Positions 23,802 to 35,817 of a stretch of DNA of 64,000 bases are shown here, piece by piece. The DNA is taken from assembly GCA_051942205.1 (NCBI GenBank), contig JAVECO010000010.1:1-64000 (forward strand), read 5' to 3'. Numbering within the stretch: position 1 is the first letter of the stretch; every line of letters begins with the position of its first letter. The position numbers were made by a program, and so were the translations under genes. Source of the stretch: Coniocarpon cinnabarinum (taxonomy: Eukaryota). The notes beneath the pieces were generated by a model. The model saw only the letters and a program-made list of their open reading frames with translations. It did no database searches and was not told where the DNA came from.

Positions 23802-24669
23802 TTGGTAAGTCATATCAGGCATGGGAGAGCGAGAGAGGGTTCATTGCATTCATTGCAGGGCAAAGATGTAGAAGACGTCTTATTATAGGTCCATTATATG
23901 AGATCAGTCCTCGATAATTTGAAACCATGACGGACTTTTCGTGACTGATTGATATCCCTCACCTTTCCCAATTTGCCACTTGCGTGTTTAGTTTGAGAGT
24001 AGTGCAAAAAGTGCAGTCATTGAGATGAACCACTCGCTCTTTGATCGTCAATTTTCTCGAGAATCTCGTATAGGTTCACGTCGACATTTCATTGACGAGA
24101 TGTCATTGTCCACGGGCTGACTCTTAAGACATATTACACCGAGCTGTACCCTGCCCGCATTACTGGTTCTTGGAGCGACACAGGGAAAAATACGGGGCGT
24201 CCAAGCGAGGATACTGGGATGTGATTGAGTGCAGATCTTGAGGCTTGTCTGTCCTAGCATAGTGTATCGCATGTTCATGGGGGCTTCGAAAATCGACCAG
24301 GCTCCATCAACACCTCGCCCATTTCCCCTGGCGCGCTATCGTCTTCCGTCAGCGCGTGATAAACAGCAGGAGCTACAATTTTAATTCTGCCTGCGCTCGG
24401 TCCGATCCCGTGAAACGAGCAAAAGGTTCACAAAAATCGTGAGGACAAAGACTCTCACGGAGATTGTTCACTGCTACTCTTCCTTGGAGCGTCTCATCAT
24501 ATGGTGTTGCTATACAGCCATCTATGTACATGCGTCTTACCTTCCTCATTTCATGAAACTCTCTCACTCTCCTTGCTTCTCAGCTCCTATGCATTTACCC
24601 TCAGTCCACGTGTCTATTCCTCGCCACCTCCTCACTACCGCAGTTCCCCATTCAAACCCCTGCCCTCGA

Positions 24670-26098
24670 CTATTTGGCTCCATTGACCACCACATCCCCC
24701 TTCCACGTCTCATCCACCACGGCCTCTACAACCCCTTCATCGACTCCCCGTCCTGTAAACACACCCGTGACTTTGTACCCTGACCCCTCGAGGAGAGCCC
24801 GCCACTCGCCCTCACTCCGTTCTCTTGCCGCATGATACGCACTCATCATGAGATCCAGTGCCGCCGCCTGAGCGGGGCAGTTCTTCGCCGGAATGACATT
24901 CTCGTTGATGAGCAGCTTCGACTGGCCACCGCCGGCCGTCGGAACGCTGAGAGCGGGTCTCAGTGCTTTTAGGATTTTCTTGGCGTCCTCATCGGGCCAA
25001 TCGTGCAGTACTGAGTGTAGATAGTACCCTCTGGCGCCCTTGACGGGTTGTTCTTCGAAGAAGTTGTGAGGCATAGTCTTGATGCTGGGAGGTAGAGAAG
25101 AATTTGTAAATTGCGCTGTCACATTGGGGAGGTCTTGTAAGATCAAACGGGGTGTAGTCGTGTTTGGGAGGAAGGCGGTGGCGAAGCGGAGAAGGTCATG
25201 GCCTGAGCCGCCGCCGATGTCGATGAGGACTATGTCGTCTGCAGAAGGAGAGGCGGAAGAAGGAGGGTCGGCGGGTGGAGGAGTCAGGAGGTGGGATTGC
25301 ACAGGGTAGATGGAGTCCCAGGTGCCGCGTTGGGAGGTGTAGCCGGCCATGTGTTCGCCAAAGTTGTGCATCATGTGTGGACTGTAACAGCTGTTAGCTG
25401 ACACGCCCTTCGACGCAGTGAGAACGACTCATGACGTACTGCTGTGCTACCCAGTCGAAATGTGTCAGCTTTGTCTGCATGGCCATCTGCCAGGGTCCAT
25501 CATCATTCTTGGTGGGGTTACGATAGCCCGTCTCCTTGAGGTAACGTGGATACGTCTGGAAGGGCGGCGCGGAAATGTCCCATAGAAAGTCAATGGCAGC
25601 GCTGACGGGGCGGTTCATGTTGGCGAGGGAGAGGGCGTTGGGCGCGAAGACGCCCTCGTCGACTTCGCGAATGGTGTCCATGGCGGCCAGGAGGCGACAC
25701 AGGCGATCTGTGTAAGCTTCGTCAGTTTCTCATACATTCCTATGCTTCAACGCCTGCAGTCCGAGAGTGTGGAGTGAACAATCATGAAACGTACGGACGA
25801 GAATGGGATCTGCATTTGTGGCATCAGCCAACTCTCGCACACTCTTCTCGCTGTCCTTGCCGTCGCGACCCAGCACTTCAAACAACTTCAAGTCGACTGC
25901 AGTCTTCAGCGCGAAGGCGTGGCTGGGCTCAACCCAACACATGCGCAGCATGGACTCCATCGGCTTCTCCAGTCGTCGCACAAGTGATCGCGCAGCATCC
26001 AAGGCAGCGCGTCGGCTTTCTTCATCTTTGAACGAGGAGCTGTCCAAGTGTTCGACATCTGTGTTGAAGCTGCTTGCTGAGACGGTCGAGGTCGCCAT
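24670..26098 (-). CDS. SAM-dependent O-methyltransferase (Methyltransf_2, secondary-metabolite type), 3 exons
   Basis: IDIGGGSGHD, LILQDLP, HNFFEEQPVKGARGYYLHSVLHDWPD, ERSEGEW. Introns 25794-25708 and ~25439-25382 restore ADPILVHRLCRLLAAM. Confidence 0.93.
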
Positions 26099-28603
26099 GA
26101 TTGTATATGGTGCAACACAAAAAAAAACAGAACGCTACTGTATTATGAAATGGAGGCTCGGAAAAATGAAACAAGAAATGTCTACCGCTTGTCTCTGACA
26201 GCTGTGTCTACTCGGGGACCGCTTCGAAAGAAGGTGAAGATGAAAAGTTCACATCGCATACTACCTGGAGTCACGTACCACTTGGCTACATTGACTTCAG
26301 AGTCCACCGTGACCCGGTCGACCCTGAGTGGTTATCAAGGCCTGGCAGGGCGCGGGACGGGACCACAACGTTCGTGGTTGAATGGTGCCATTGGGTCGTG
26401 AGCGCGCTACGTCAGAATAGGCAGAGGGCGAAGTGGAGGAGCATTATGATCGCCAGGGGAAAGACAATAACCCCCAATCGCGTGCCGAGTTGTGGTCCAC
26501 AGCCAAGTTCGGGATCCTAAAGTCAGACACATTGTGGTGGATGGTGTGCGCTCCATCCTTTGACAGCTACCAAACACAGCGCAGCACCGGCGTGGTGGTT
26601 TATTGAGAGCGCCGCCGCGCCGTGGTCTAGTTGGCTTTCTCTTCGGCGGAAGGGTCCAGTAAGCTGAGGGATTGGCGGAGCCTTTTCGGTGGTGGGGAAT
26701 CGGCAAAGAAGCTCGGCCACATCATACGGAAACCAATCAGGCCGACACCAGGAGCAACACACCAGCTCGCATATTTCTCCTCGGCGAGAGAGAAGGCTAG
26801 ATAGAGGTGGACTGCTGTAGGTGCTTGAGTGGACTCGATGGCGACCGGAGGGGTGGACCAGGCCAGTGGAAACGGGCCTCGTGGCTTTCCCTGCCAGTCA
26901 GGGGTGCACATGTTCGTGAGAGAGCCGCGAGATGCTCGGCTGGACAGACATGTGCCATCACCCAACGGTCCCACAAGTGAACGGCACGCGGCAGCGGACT
27001 GGGGTTCCCATGTCTTTGCTAGGAACCAACATGCAGATGCCGTGGATTCGGGAAAGGCGTACGCCCGGACAGGCAAGAAGCATCGCCAGCACCGTGGACA
27101 GATGTTCAAAAAGGGCCATGACTGCACTGATCCCTGCATGGCGAGTGGTGAAAAGCGACGTGGACGTCGTGATGAGGATGCACCACAGACTCCTTGCGCG
27201 GCCTTGTAGATCCAAATAATGTCGAAAGGCGGTGGCAAGCGCTGGTCATTCGTGGCGTCCCAAACACATCTCCCAGGAGAAGAGTCCCCGACGGAGCATT
27301 CTCAGCCCTGACGACGTGACGCTTTGGCCGAGGGCATGCACCGTTGCCCACCGACCCGCTTCTTGTGGAGAAGGAACACGAACTTGCAACCGAAAGCGAG
27401 AGGCGCTGTTCATTCACCTCTCCAGACCACGCTAAATTGCTCGAGCCTCGGAGCCATCTCCGTCTCATCATCACTTGCTCCTTCGGGCAGTTTGTCACCC
27501 GCTTGTCTGGACGACTAGCACGTGCTAAGCCACTAGACTCCCACTACTCCCCAGCCTACAAACATCTTTCTCTCCCTTCCCTTCGCCATCACCCAAGACT
27601 ACCCTCATCGTAGTGCTGACGCCCAGCCGTCACTTGGTGTCTCTCAAACTTCGACGCCGCTACACCCGTCCACACCCAAGTACGCCTAGTGCGCCCTCGG
27701 CACGTCACAAACGCCTCTACTCCACCCCAGGGCCGAGTTTCCCAACTGCCGTTCGTCACCGATCGGCACCGCTTGTCGCTCCTGCTGCTGCATCTGCGCG
27801 TCTCTTCACCCTCCATCGAGACCCACCCTGCACTCGAATTCACACCGAAAGCGGCGTGACAAACCCCAGAGCGGTTTCACTCGCTCGAACAGTCACTTTC
27901 CAGCATTACGTGCTGGCTCATTTGCGCTAGGGGGTGTGGGTGTCTGACTCGATTGCATGGGGAGCACCGAGGGCACCAGAACCCCACTAACGGAATATGG
28001 CTGGGCCGTCATAGCTGCAATCAGCGGGAAAATCGTCAGGTGCGGGAACAAGCTTGTTGTGCGGTCGATGCAGATACGGCGTCTATCATCATCATCATCA
28101 TCGTACGGACCGCTGATTAAGAGCAGGGCAATCCGGTAGGTAAGGGTGCTGGATCTCGTAGCAAGGAGACGAAATGTGCAGGATACTATGCCAAACGCCT
28201 CGACGTTTGAAGCCGTTGCAAGACTGATTCGTGTTCTCTGCGTATCCTTCTCTTTTTCTCCGATTCCACGTTCTGTGCTAGTCCAGCGGAACCGTCTTGG
28301 CGCCTTGCTACATCAAGACCCAGCCGCTCAGGAAATCGTCACAGGGCGAACCAACTAGTCTTCCGGAGTAGGCATGGACCATGCAAAAGCCCTGCTCTGA
28401 TCATCCCGCTGGGCGTGAGCGCTTCCCCAAAGTTTCTTATCTTTAAGAGTAGGGACAGTGGAGTGACTGTCTTATACTTAACCCACCCATGCGTGCTTCT
28501 CTTCTTCTGCCAGGGTCCGTCACTGTCGTTGTTCCTTGGCTCTGAAAGACCAGGCAGGCATCCAGGCGGGTGACGGCGGAGTCGACATCACAATCGTGGC
28601 AAC

Positions 28604-30495
28604 ATGTCTCAATCCCAGATGCCGATGCATGACGGCGACGGCTTTGGAAAGACCTGCAATGTCGTTGCGTGGATCTTGACAGCCTTGTCAATTATCTCCG
28701 TTATCCTTCGTCTACTTGCGTGAGTTAAGGCTTGAATCAGTTCCCGTGGTATCAACAGAGCACTACTAAAAGTTTACGTGCAGACGAAGTGTTAAGCGAG
28801 ACTTTGGCTTCGATGTGAGTCTGGTGCATGCGTTACTTCATCATCATTCTATCGCTGGCCTGCCGGCGTGTCAGCAAATTGTGAAATCCTCTTCTGACTG
28901 TGCTTCTTCCTCTACAGGATGCTGTTATTGTGTGGTCAATCGTGAGTTGTTTTGGCGCTGGCTTCTTACCAATTTACTCAACGTTGCGCAGATCGTCGCC
29001 ATTCTGCTGGCTTCCCTCATGTCAAAGGCCGTCTCAGTGGGCATGGGCGCTCACATTCAGAATCTCACCAAAGAGCAAGGCATGAATGTGACCAAATGGG
29101 TCGTCGTTGCCAATGCTGTTGCTGTCCACGGCGTAAGTGCTTTGCTTTGAGACCAGCGAACGTCAGGAGACGCTCACAACCTCTGCAGTTCTCATGGCCA
29201 AAATTAGCCATCGTGCTGCTGCTTCGAAGGCTACTCATGCCTGGTCGCATTGCTCTTTGGCTTCTGTACAGCTCGATTGGACTTCTCTTGGCTTGTGTGG
29301 TCGTCCTCGACTACATGCTTGTGGGCATCTGCAATCCCCCGCGTCGTCAAGTATGCTCACCTTAAAGTCGTCCGACCACACTCTTGGAAATCGCGACTGA
29401 CAGGAGGAACAGTGGGACAAATCGGTACCTGGATCGTGCTTCGATGCCTCGATCTTGACCAACTTCGCCATCTTCAGCGGCGGTAAGACTACATTGGTAA
29501 TTATCTGGCACAACAAGCGCTGACAGTCTGGTGTGCAGCACTGTCAGCTACCCTCGATATGGCCTATGCGGTATATCCTGCGTATAAGATCTACCAACTT
29601 CAAGTAAGCTCTAGTTCTGCCACGCTGAACCACGCGTTTCTGACTGACTATGGGCAGATGTCTCTTCGGCGTCGACTGGCATATTCCAGCATCATGAGTC
29701 TCGGCTTGATCGCCTTTGCATTCACAATCTACAAGTGTACCAAATTGCCTGCCCTCGATAACCCCTCGGATCCGGCGTATTTGAGCGCTCAGCTGCTGCT
29801 ATGGACGTGGTATGTTGCACACCGATGATTACTCCGCCAAGATCCTCCATCCAAGCGCTGACCGATTTCCTCAAGCATCGAATCGAACGTCGTCATCCTC
29901 GCCGCCTGCATCCCCACACTCAGTCCACTCGTCCGAGTGGTACACGACCGCGTCAAGCGATCCATGAGCGGATCCCGGTCCGCAAGCCTAGCCTGGAACC
30001 CGCTCAAACACTCCAGCGGCACCAAGCAAGCCAAGCACATTCGACTATCCGACGACAAGGAACGCATGAACCCCAGTGCCGGCGACGTCGAGCTGAGCGG
30101 GTACTCCGCGGCGATGAAGAACGGCACGCACGTGCGCGGGGCCGAGCACTCGCGCCAGAACTCGACCTTCGCCCGCCACGTCCATGGTCGTCAGGATTTG
30201 GAAAGCGGGCCGCCGAGCTCTGACGACTTGGATTTGCGCGAAGTGCTGGTCAGCCCGGCGAGTGAGCAGAGGTAAGAGCGATATGGTATATGGGCTTGAT
30301 CTTGGTCCGTGGGAGGGACAACGACTGACCGTATCCCACAGTCATGCATGGGCTGGCAAGCCGTCGAGCTCCCGTGGAAATAACCCCGGTACTCAGATGC
30401 AGCAGACCTCGCCGCGAGACGATTACGGCATTGCGCGTAATGTCGAAGTGACTGTGACGCAGGATCGCAAGTCGCCTCTTGGCATGCGCAAGTAA
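28604..30495 (+). CDS. Pth11-like integral membrane protein (fungal rhodopsin-domain GPCR-like, no CFEM), 10 coding exons
   Basis: Nine GT..AG introns give SVILRLLAR..FGFDDAVIVWS..GMGAH..PKLAIVLLLRRL..CNPP..WD....GSC..LDMAYAVYP..LQM..SLG..WTCIESNVVILAACIPTL. Confidence 0.88.
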
Positions 30496-31368
30496 GTCCT
30501 GAACGAGACATCTCTGAATATGAAAACGCGCGGGGTTACGATTGCATCGTGGAAAAATCAGGGAATCCTGAGCCAGACCCTCGACGACAAGAGTACGCGA
30601 GACTGTAATGGTATCCCGCGGAGATTGGGCAAAAATAGTTAATGGCTTAGACGCCAGACGTATTGATGTGTGTATGCTGTAAGCTACTGAATGTCTGTAA
30701 GATAGCCAAAAAGCAACTTGATTTGACATAATTGACACTGCTATCGTTGCAGTCGTGCTCGATCTGGACGAGGCGCTCTCCATGTCGCAAGTCTCAACAG
30801 AATCACTCGTGTCTATCATGTTTGTGATGAAGTCAAGACTCAATCTCCTAGCCAAGGACGATCGTATCAGATGCCACATAATCACTCGTGTCTAGAATCA
30901 TGTGGATGAATGACTGGAGCTCTCGTCTGTTCTTATCTGAGACTGACTACCTGGGATTTCACTATGTAAGTCATGTCAAGGTCATACAATCGCGATGTTA
31001 ACGGGACGAATGTCATCATCGCAGTCCGTGACTTTGACGTGATCGGTTTATTCTAAGCGCGCCTTTGTTCTCGAAATGAGCCTGAATTCACTTGATGAAG
31101 GGGCTGGACGGTTTCCTGGTAAACAACTTACCTCGCGTCGTATCCAGTTTGACGTCACAGATCACTTCTTACAGGCGCGATGGTGGTGGACCGGGTATCA
31201 TTCATCTAGTGAAGCTGCTCTTCCAGATACACTTTTCCATTCCTCTCATGCAATCTCTGGCTCGATCGTGAGATCTCGCCAGCAAAATACCAATTACTAC
31301 TCAATCATAAAGCTCACATATTCTTTTACTCAAACACAACCCCCTCGCCCCCTCCCAAAGCATCCGAC

Positions 31369-34300
31369 TCACCGCACCCTCGCTGGCGTCGCCTCTAAAT
31401 CAACCAAGCTCTGGTACGCCTTTGAAATCCTCGACTCCTGCGCCTGCTCCTGCGGCTGCCTCACCGCCTGCGTCTCCAGAAACAGCAATCGATCGACCGC
31501 ACTGTCGATGGCGACTTGTCGTTGTCGCTGTTTCTGCACCTGCTGCTGCCGCCGCGTTCCCTGACTCGTGCTCCTTTGACTTGCGAACCCGGCTTGCGAT
31601 CCGACTTTTTGCACGGTAGTGACGCCGTCCAGGAGGGCGTCCGGATCCAGTAGAGGATTTGCGTTGGAAAGCCCAAAGGGATAGGCGGCTGTCCTGAGAG
31701 CGCTGGGGCAGGTGGCATCGTTGAGGCGGCCGGCAGCGCGCCAGGCGGTTTTGGCCGCCGGCGAGGGGCCGACCGTGTCTGTGACGTTGTGATTCGCATG
31801 GCCCGTGGAGTCAGCGACGCAGTGCGCGAAACTGCCCTCTGCGATGTTCCACAGCGCGTCTGCCGCGTCGAGCCAGAGGCGGGTGTAGTTGGCAAAGTTG
31901 GCAAACGTGTAGAAGATACGACAGTCCGCTGCTTCGTACGCAAACTGCAAAGGAAAGAATTCTCCAGCCCGGATTTGATCCTCGAGGGTAAAGGTGAGCC
32001 CGTCCACGAAGATGCCCGGGTCGCGAACGGGGAAGGCGTCCAAGACAGAAGCGTTGATTTCAGCCGCAATCGCCATGTCGCCGTCCAGTGATATGGCGTC
32101 GAATTGGCGGGCGCCGCGGGTGCCGGAAACGCCCTGCATGGGGCCGGGTTGTGGTAAGCCGCCAACGACGACATTGGGCACACCCGCCTCGTGCATCATG
32201 GCCTCGGTGAAGAGCGTACAGGCGGAGCTGCAGAGGCCGTCGGTGAGGATAACGATATCCTCGGCGGCAAAGGGGGCTTGAGAAGACGCGGGTCGCCTGT
32301 TTGCATAGCCATACGGAATGATGCCATTGGTCTCGTCGGTGCTGCCATCTGTTGCGACTTCATCAAAGACAGGGTCATCGAAGTCGGGGCGTTCCTGCAA
32401 GCTTTGGTCAGCGAGAAAAAGTCACGGTGAATTTCTGGAATACCGTTCCAAATCCGATGAGGCCCGAGGCGGGGGCGATTGTTTAGGGGTCAACTCACCA
32501 CGAGCGTGAAGAGATCGCCATGATCCGGGAGAGGCCCAAAGAACTCCGACCAACTGGTAAAGTCCCGTCCGGTGGCAGTGTCCTTGTAACTTGTGATGGC
32601 GAACGGGTCGTCCAGGTAAGCTTCATACCAGGAGGTATTTGATTGACGGATGCCGACACCAAATTGTGTCAATGTGTTTCCCAAGGCATCTTCCATGGGG
32701 TGAGCACGCATTCGACTTCCGGCGAACGGCTCAATATTGGGGAAGAACTGTCAAAGCATCAGGGTCTGATGAAGTAAATAAGTACCTCGAGAGCTCGTCT
32801 TACCTGCCTAAACGTGTCAAACGCCAGCAGCGAGACACCTCCAAAATTCTGTTGCAAATCGATGACGATTTTGGACACTTGAGCCGCCTGTGCTTGAGCG
32901 ATGAACTCGGCCGTCGTGTTGGAGAAGAAGGCGACGTCGTCTCCGGACATGTCAAAGGACGGAACACTGAGTACACCAATCTTCATTGAATCGTTCAGCT
33001 GAACCACGTACCCAGTGGTGTACCCTGTGCCACCGAGATTAGGTTGCGCGACGACGGTATCCGTCGGGTAAGCCGTATAGCCAAGACCATTGTTCCAATC
33101 TGTGATACTATCATCCGGTGTCTCGGGCACAGCTGCTGGCGTGGCAGTAATGACAGGGGTCGCATCGCTTGCTAAATTTGACGTGACTGATGGAACTAGA
33201 CTGGTGCTCGCGGACACGATATCGCCGTAGATAAATGCGCCTGAGTAGCTCCATGGTTGGCTGAAACCACTTGTGGTGTCCGCAACTGGAATAGCACTTG
33301 TGACTGAGGTGATCTGGCTTGTGTCTGCTGCAGCTGTTGTTTGGGGAACACCAGTTGCCGTATCCGTTGGTGCACTACTTGCATCGGCAATGTCAGAGTA
33401 GTCCGGTGGCGTATATACTAGACAAGAATATACGTCGGCGCCATTGGTGACGGTGGGGCAGCCTGAAAGATCTAGAAATCCTTGCATCTCGAGTACCGGC
33501 GTGCTCGTTCCGTTCTCGAAGGTCAAGGTGATCTCATCACTGAAGTAGAAAGAGGATACAACGGCGAGATATGAGACCGCCCCTTGTATACTAGCAGCGG
33601 GGCTATCGAAGAGGTCGTTCCAATCGGCTTGGGGATCGTTGTCGCCAAGAACATTGAGCTGCGCATATCGTTCCAGGAAGGCCTCGGCGCATTGGCCATT
33701 GATCTTGGTCACTGGGGATGGGGTGAACCCTGCGGCCGGATCTTGTGCGCGATAAAGATCAACTTGATGTTACAGTCAGCAGCAGTGTTTCATGAGAAGG
33801 ACCGTGCTCTTACCTGTAGCATAGAGCTTGGGTAACTCTGTCCCGTCACTGGACACTGAGGAAAGGGTAATGGGGCTGCCGAACGCAACAAATTCCAGCA
33901 AGCCACCAACTAGTAGCACGTGGGCATCATGCACACGAAGCAATACTTGTTGTAGCGCAGCCTCAAAAGCATACTCATTGTCGAAAGCGCCAGTGTCGAC
34001 TTGAACTTGGATGAGATCCAGGTTTTGCATCACATCAATGCCTGGCTGCTGATAGCTCGTGGGCGGAGACTTCAAGTAGGAGAGGGTTGATTGAAATTGT
34101 AGAGTGTCTTTGATGTATTGGATCAACTGCCAAACAAAATGTCAATCACTCCTCAGAAGTAAAGTTCCATTCAAGGAAAAGGTTCCCATACCTGGGTAGC
34201 TGGAAGCCGCTGGAAAGGTATTGTTTTGAGGCATGCGTACACGTCACCCGCTGGGAAATAAGCCACTAACAACGTCAAATCTCATCCAGGGTTCTCAATG

Positions 34301-34588
34301 GTCACGTCACTCACGACTATTGCGCTCGTTCTGGGCGTTGTAGAGGCTTGCACAGGGCTCTTGCGGTCCGCCATTCTGCCTTCTTGATAATGTCGAGTGG
34401 CCACGCGAGCCTGGCGAAGGAGAGCGCTTGTTGTTGGGCAGCCATCTCGAATTGAGCTTTTCAGATCGTTTGTCCACAACATGGGGACGGCGGATGGATT
34501 TGACAGCAAGGACCTCTTGTAACAAACCGAATAAGCAAATCACAACAACCAGGTGCCGACAAAGCCTTCCAAAAGAAATAAACGCCAT
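31369..34588 (-). CDS. Secreted peptidase S41 family (CPAF-like) protein, 6 exons
   Basis: Signal peptide and KR/RR pro-region; YACLKTIPF, FQSTLSYLK, HDAH, GVLSVPSF, IVIDLQQNFGG, catalytic ILTDGLCSSAC, VVGGLP..GPMQGVSGTRG, PLQFAYEAADCRIFYT; five GT..AG introns. Confidence 0.9.
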
Positions 34589-35817
34589 GGTCGTATACAC
34601 TCCACTCCCACATAGAACCATTTCAGATGGCCCAGGAACAACGAAACTTGCAGCAGCAGATGCATATTGACGAGCTCGGCCCCGTTGTATAAGAAGGCCC
34701 CGGCAGCGTCACATTATTCCAATGCATGCCAAGGGACGGAAAGCACATGGCGCCCGCCAGCAAATCACAGGCAGAGCGCGACGCATCCCCGGCTGAGCAA
34801 CATCAAAAGTAGACCGGGGCTGTGCGAGAGTCGATAGGTAGCAGCTGCGGATTGGCGAGGCGTGGGAGGGTCACGAGGCAAATGAATCAGACATGCCGTG
34901 ATGCCAAGAATACAGCCGTTACTGCATCAGGCAACTTACCGACAGGACGGTATACGTCTATCTAGATCTGGACTGGCGCAATTGGCCGGTGCTGCTTGGA
35001 GATTAAGTTAGGCAAACGTCAGCTTGTACATGGGCGGCATTGCCTGTCGAGATACCGTGGAGCGGCTCCTTGTCGTCTGGCTGCACGCCACGACGCTCCC
35101 GTCTGCCGGCCCAGAGGTCACCCAAGGTCTTCGCCGCGACGCCTGAAATCCAATGGTTTTTGCGTCTTTTCAGGGCCCGTGTTCGCCTTGTCGACCGAGC
35201 GACCAGCCCCGTTACCCTTCGCCCAAACGCTTGAGCCGAGCGACCGCTACGGCACCTTAGAGCGTGCATTAGCCTCTGCCTTGTGTCGACTCCTCTCTGG
35301 TCCTGCCGCTCTCGACCGCACCACTCCCCGACGTAGCCTTCTTCGTTGTCGTACTGCAACTTCGAGTCCGCGGATATTGCGGAGCTCCAATGGCAGTGAC
35401 TGTCAACCATCCCGCGTCGGGGCTGTTTTCAGCATGTTACCACGACCGAGCACTCACAGGCCTGCCGCACCGGCCCACACTGCAGGCGGAATCGCCTGGA
35501 CCGGCTGCTATGCAAAGGCGGATGCAAATGCGGCCTGTGGTGATGGCCGCTTGAGCTCTGTCCAGCGCCACGCTGCCTCTCGGTGGGGTCCCTACTTCCG
35601 ATTGTGCGCACGCTTCTGTGCATGACCAGGAGTCGGCGAGGGACGTACCTCTGCCGCCGGGTCACTTACCAGCTTATAAAATGGTTTGCAGCGCGCGAAA
35701 CTCCGTGAGGTTGTTTTTGTTCTCCTTATTCTTCTTCTTCCTCGGTGAGACGCTGATGTTGATCCCCCTAAGCTTGAAAAGAATTCTTCAGAATACATTG
35801 CAATCTGCTTCGCTGCT

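Noticed and set aside
17376..26098. Aspterric-acid-like cluster with a self-resistance DHAD
   Set aside because: No terpene cyclase, P450, PKS or NRPS in the window; the DHAD's neighbours are a transporter and an orphan.
26400..27950. Multiple 80-200 aa ORFs between the OMT and the receptor
   Set aside because: GC-rich intergenic sequence, mutually overlapping ORFs, no domain signatures or splice support.
28489..28545. uORF MRASLLLPGSVTVVVPWL upstream of the Pth11-like gene
   Set aside because: Its ATG lies between a branch-like cttaac and the acceptor at 28513, so it is probably removed with a 5'-UTR intron.
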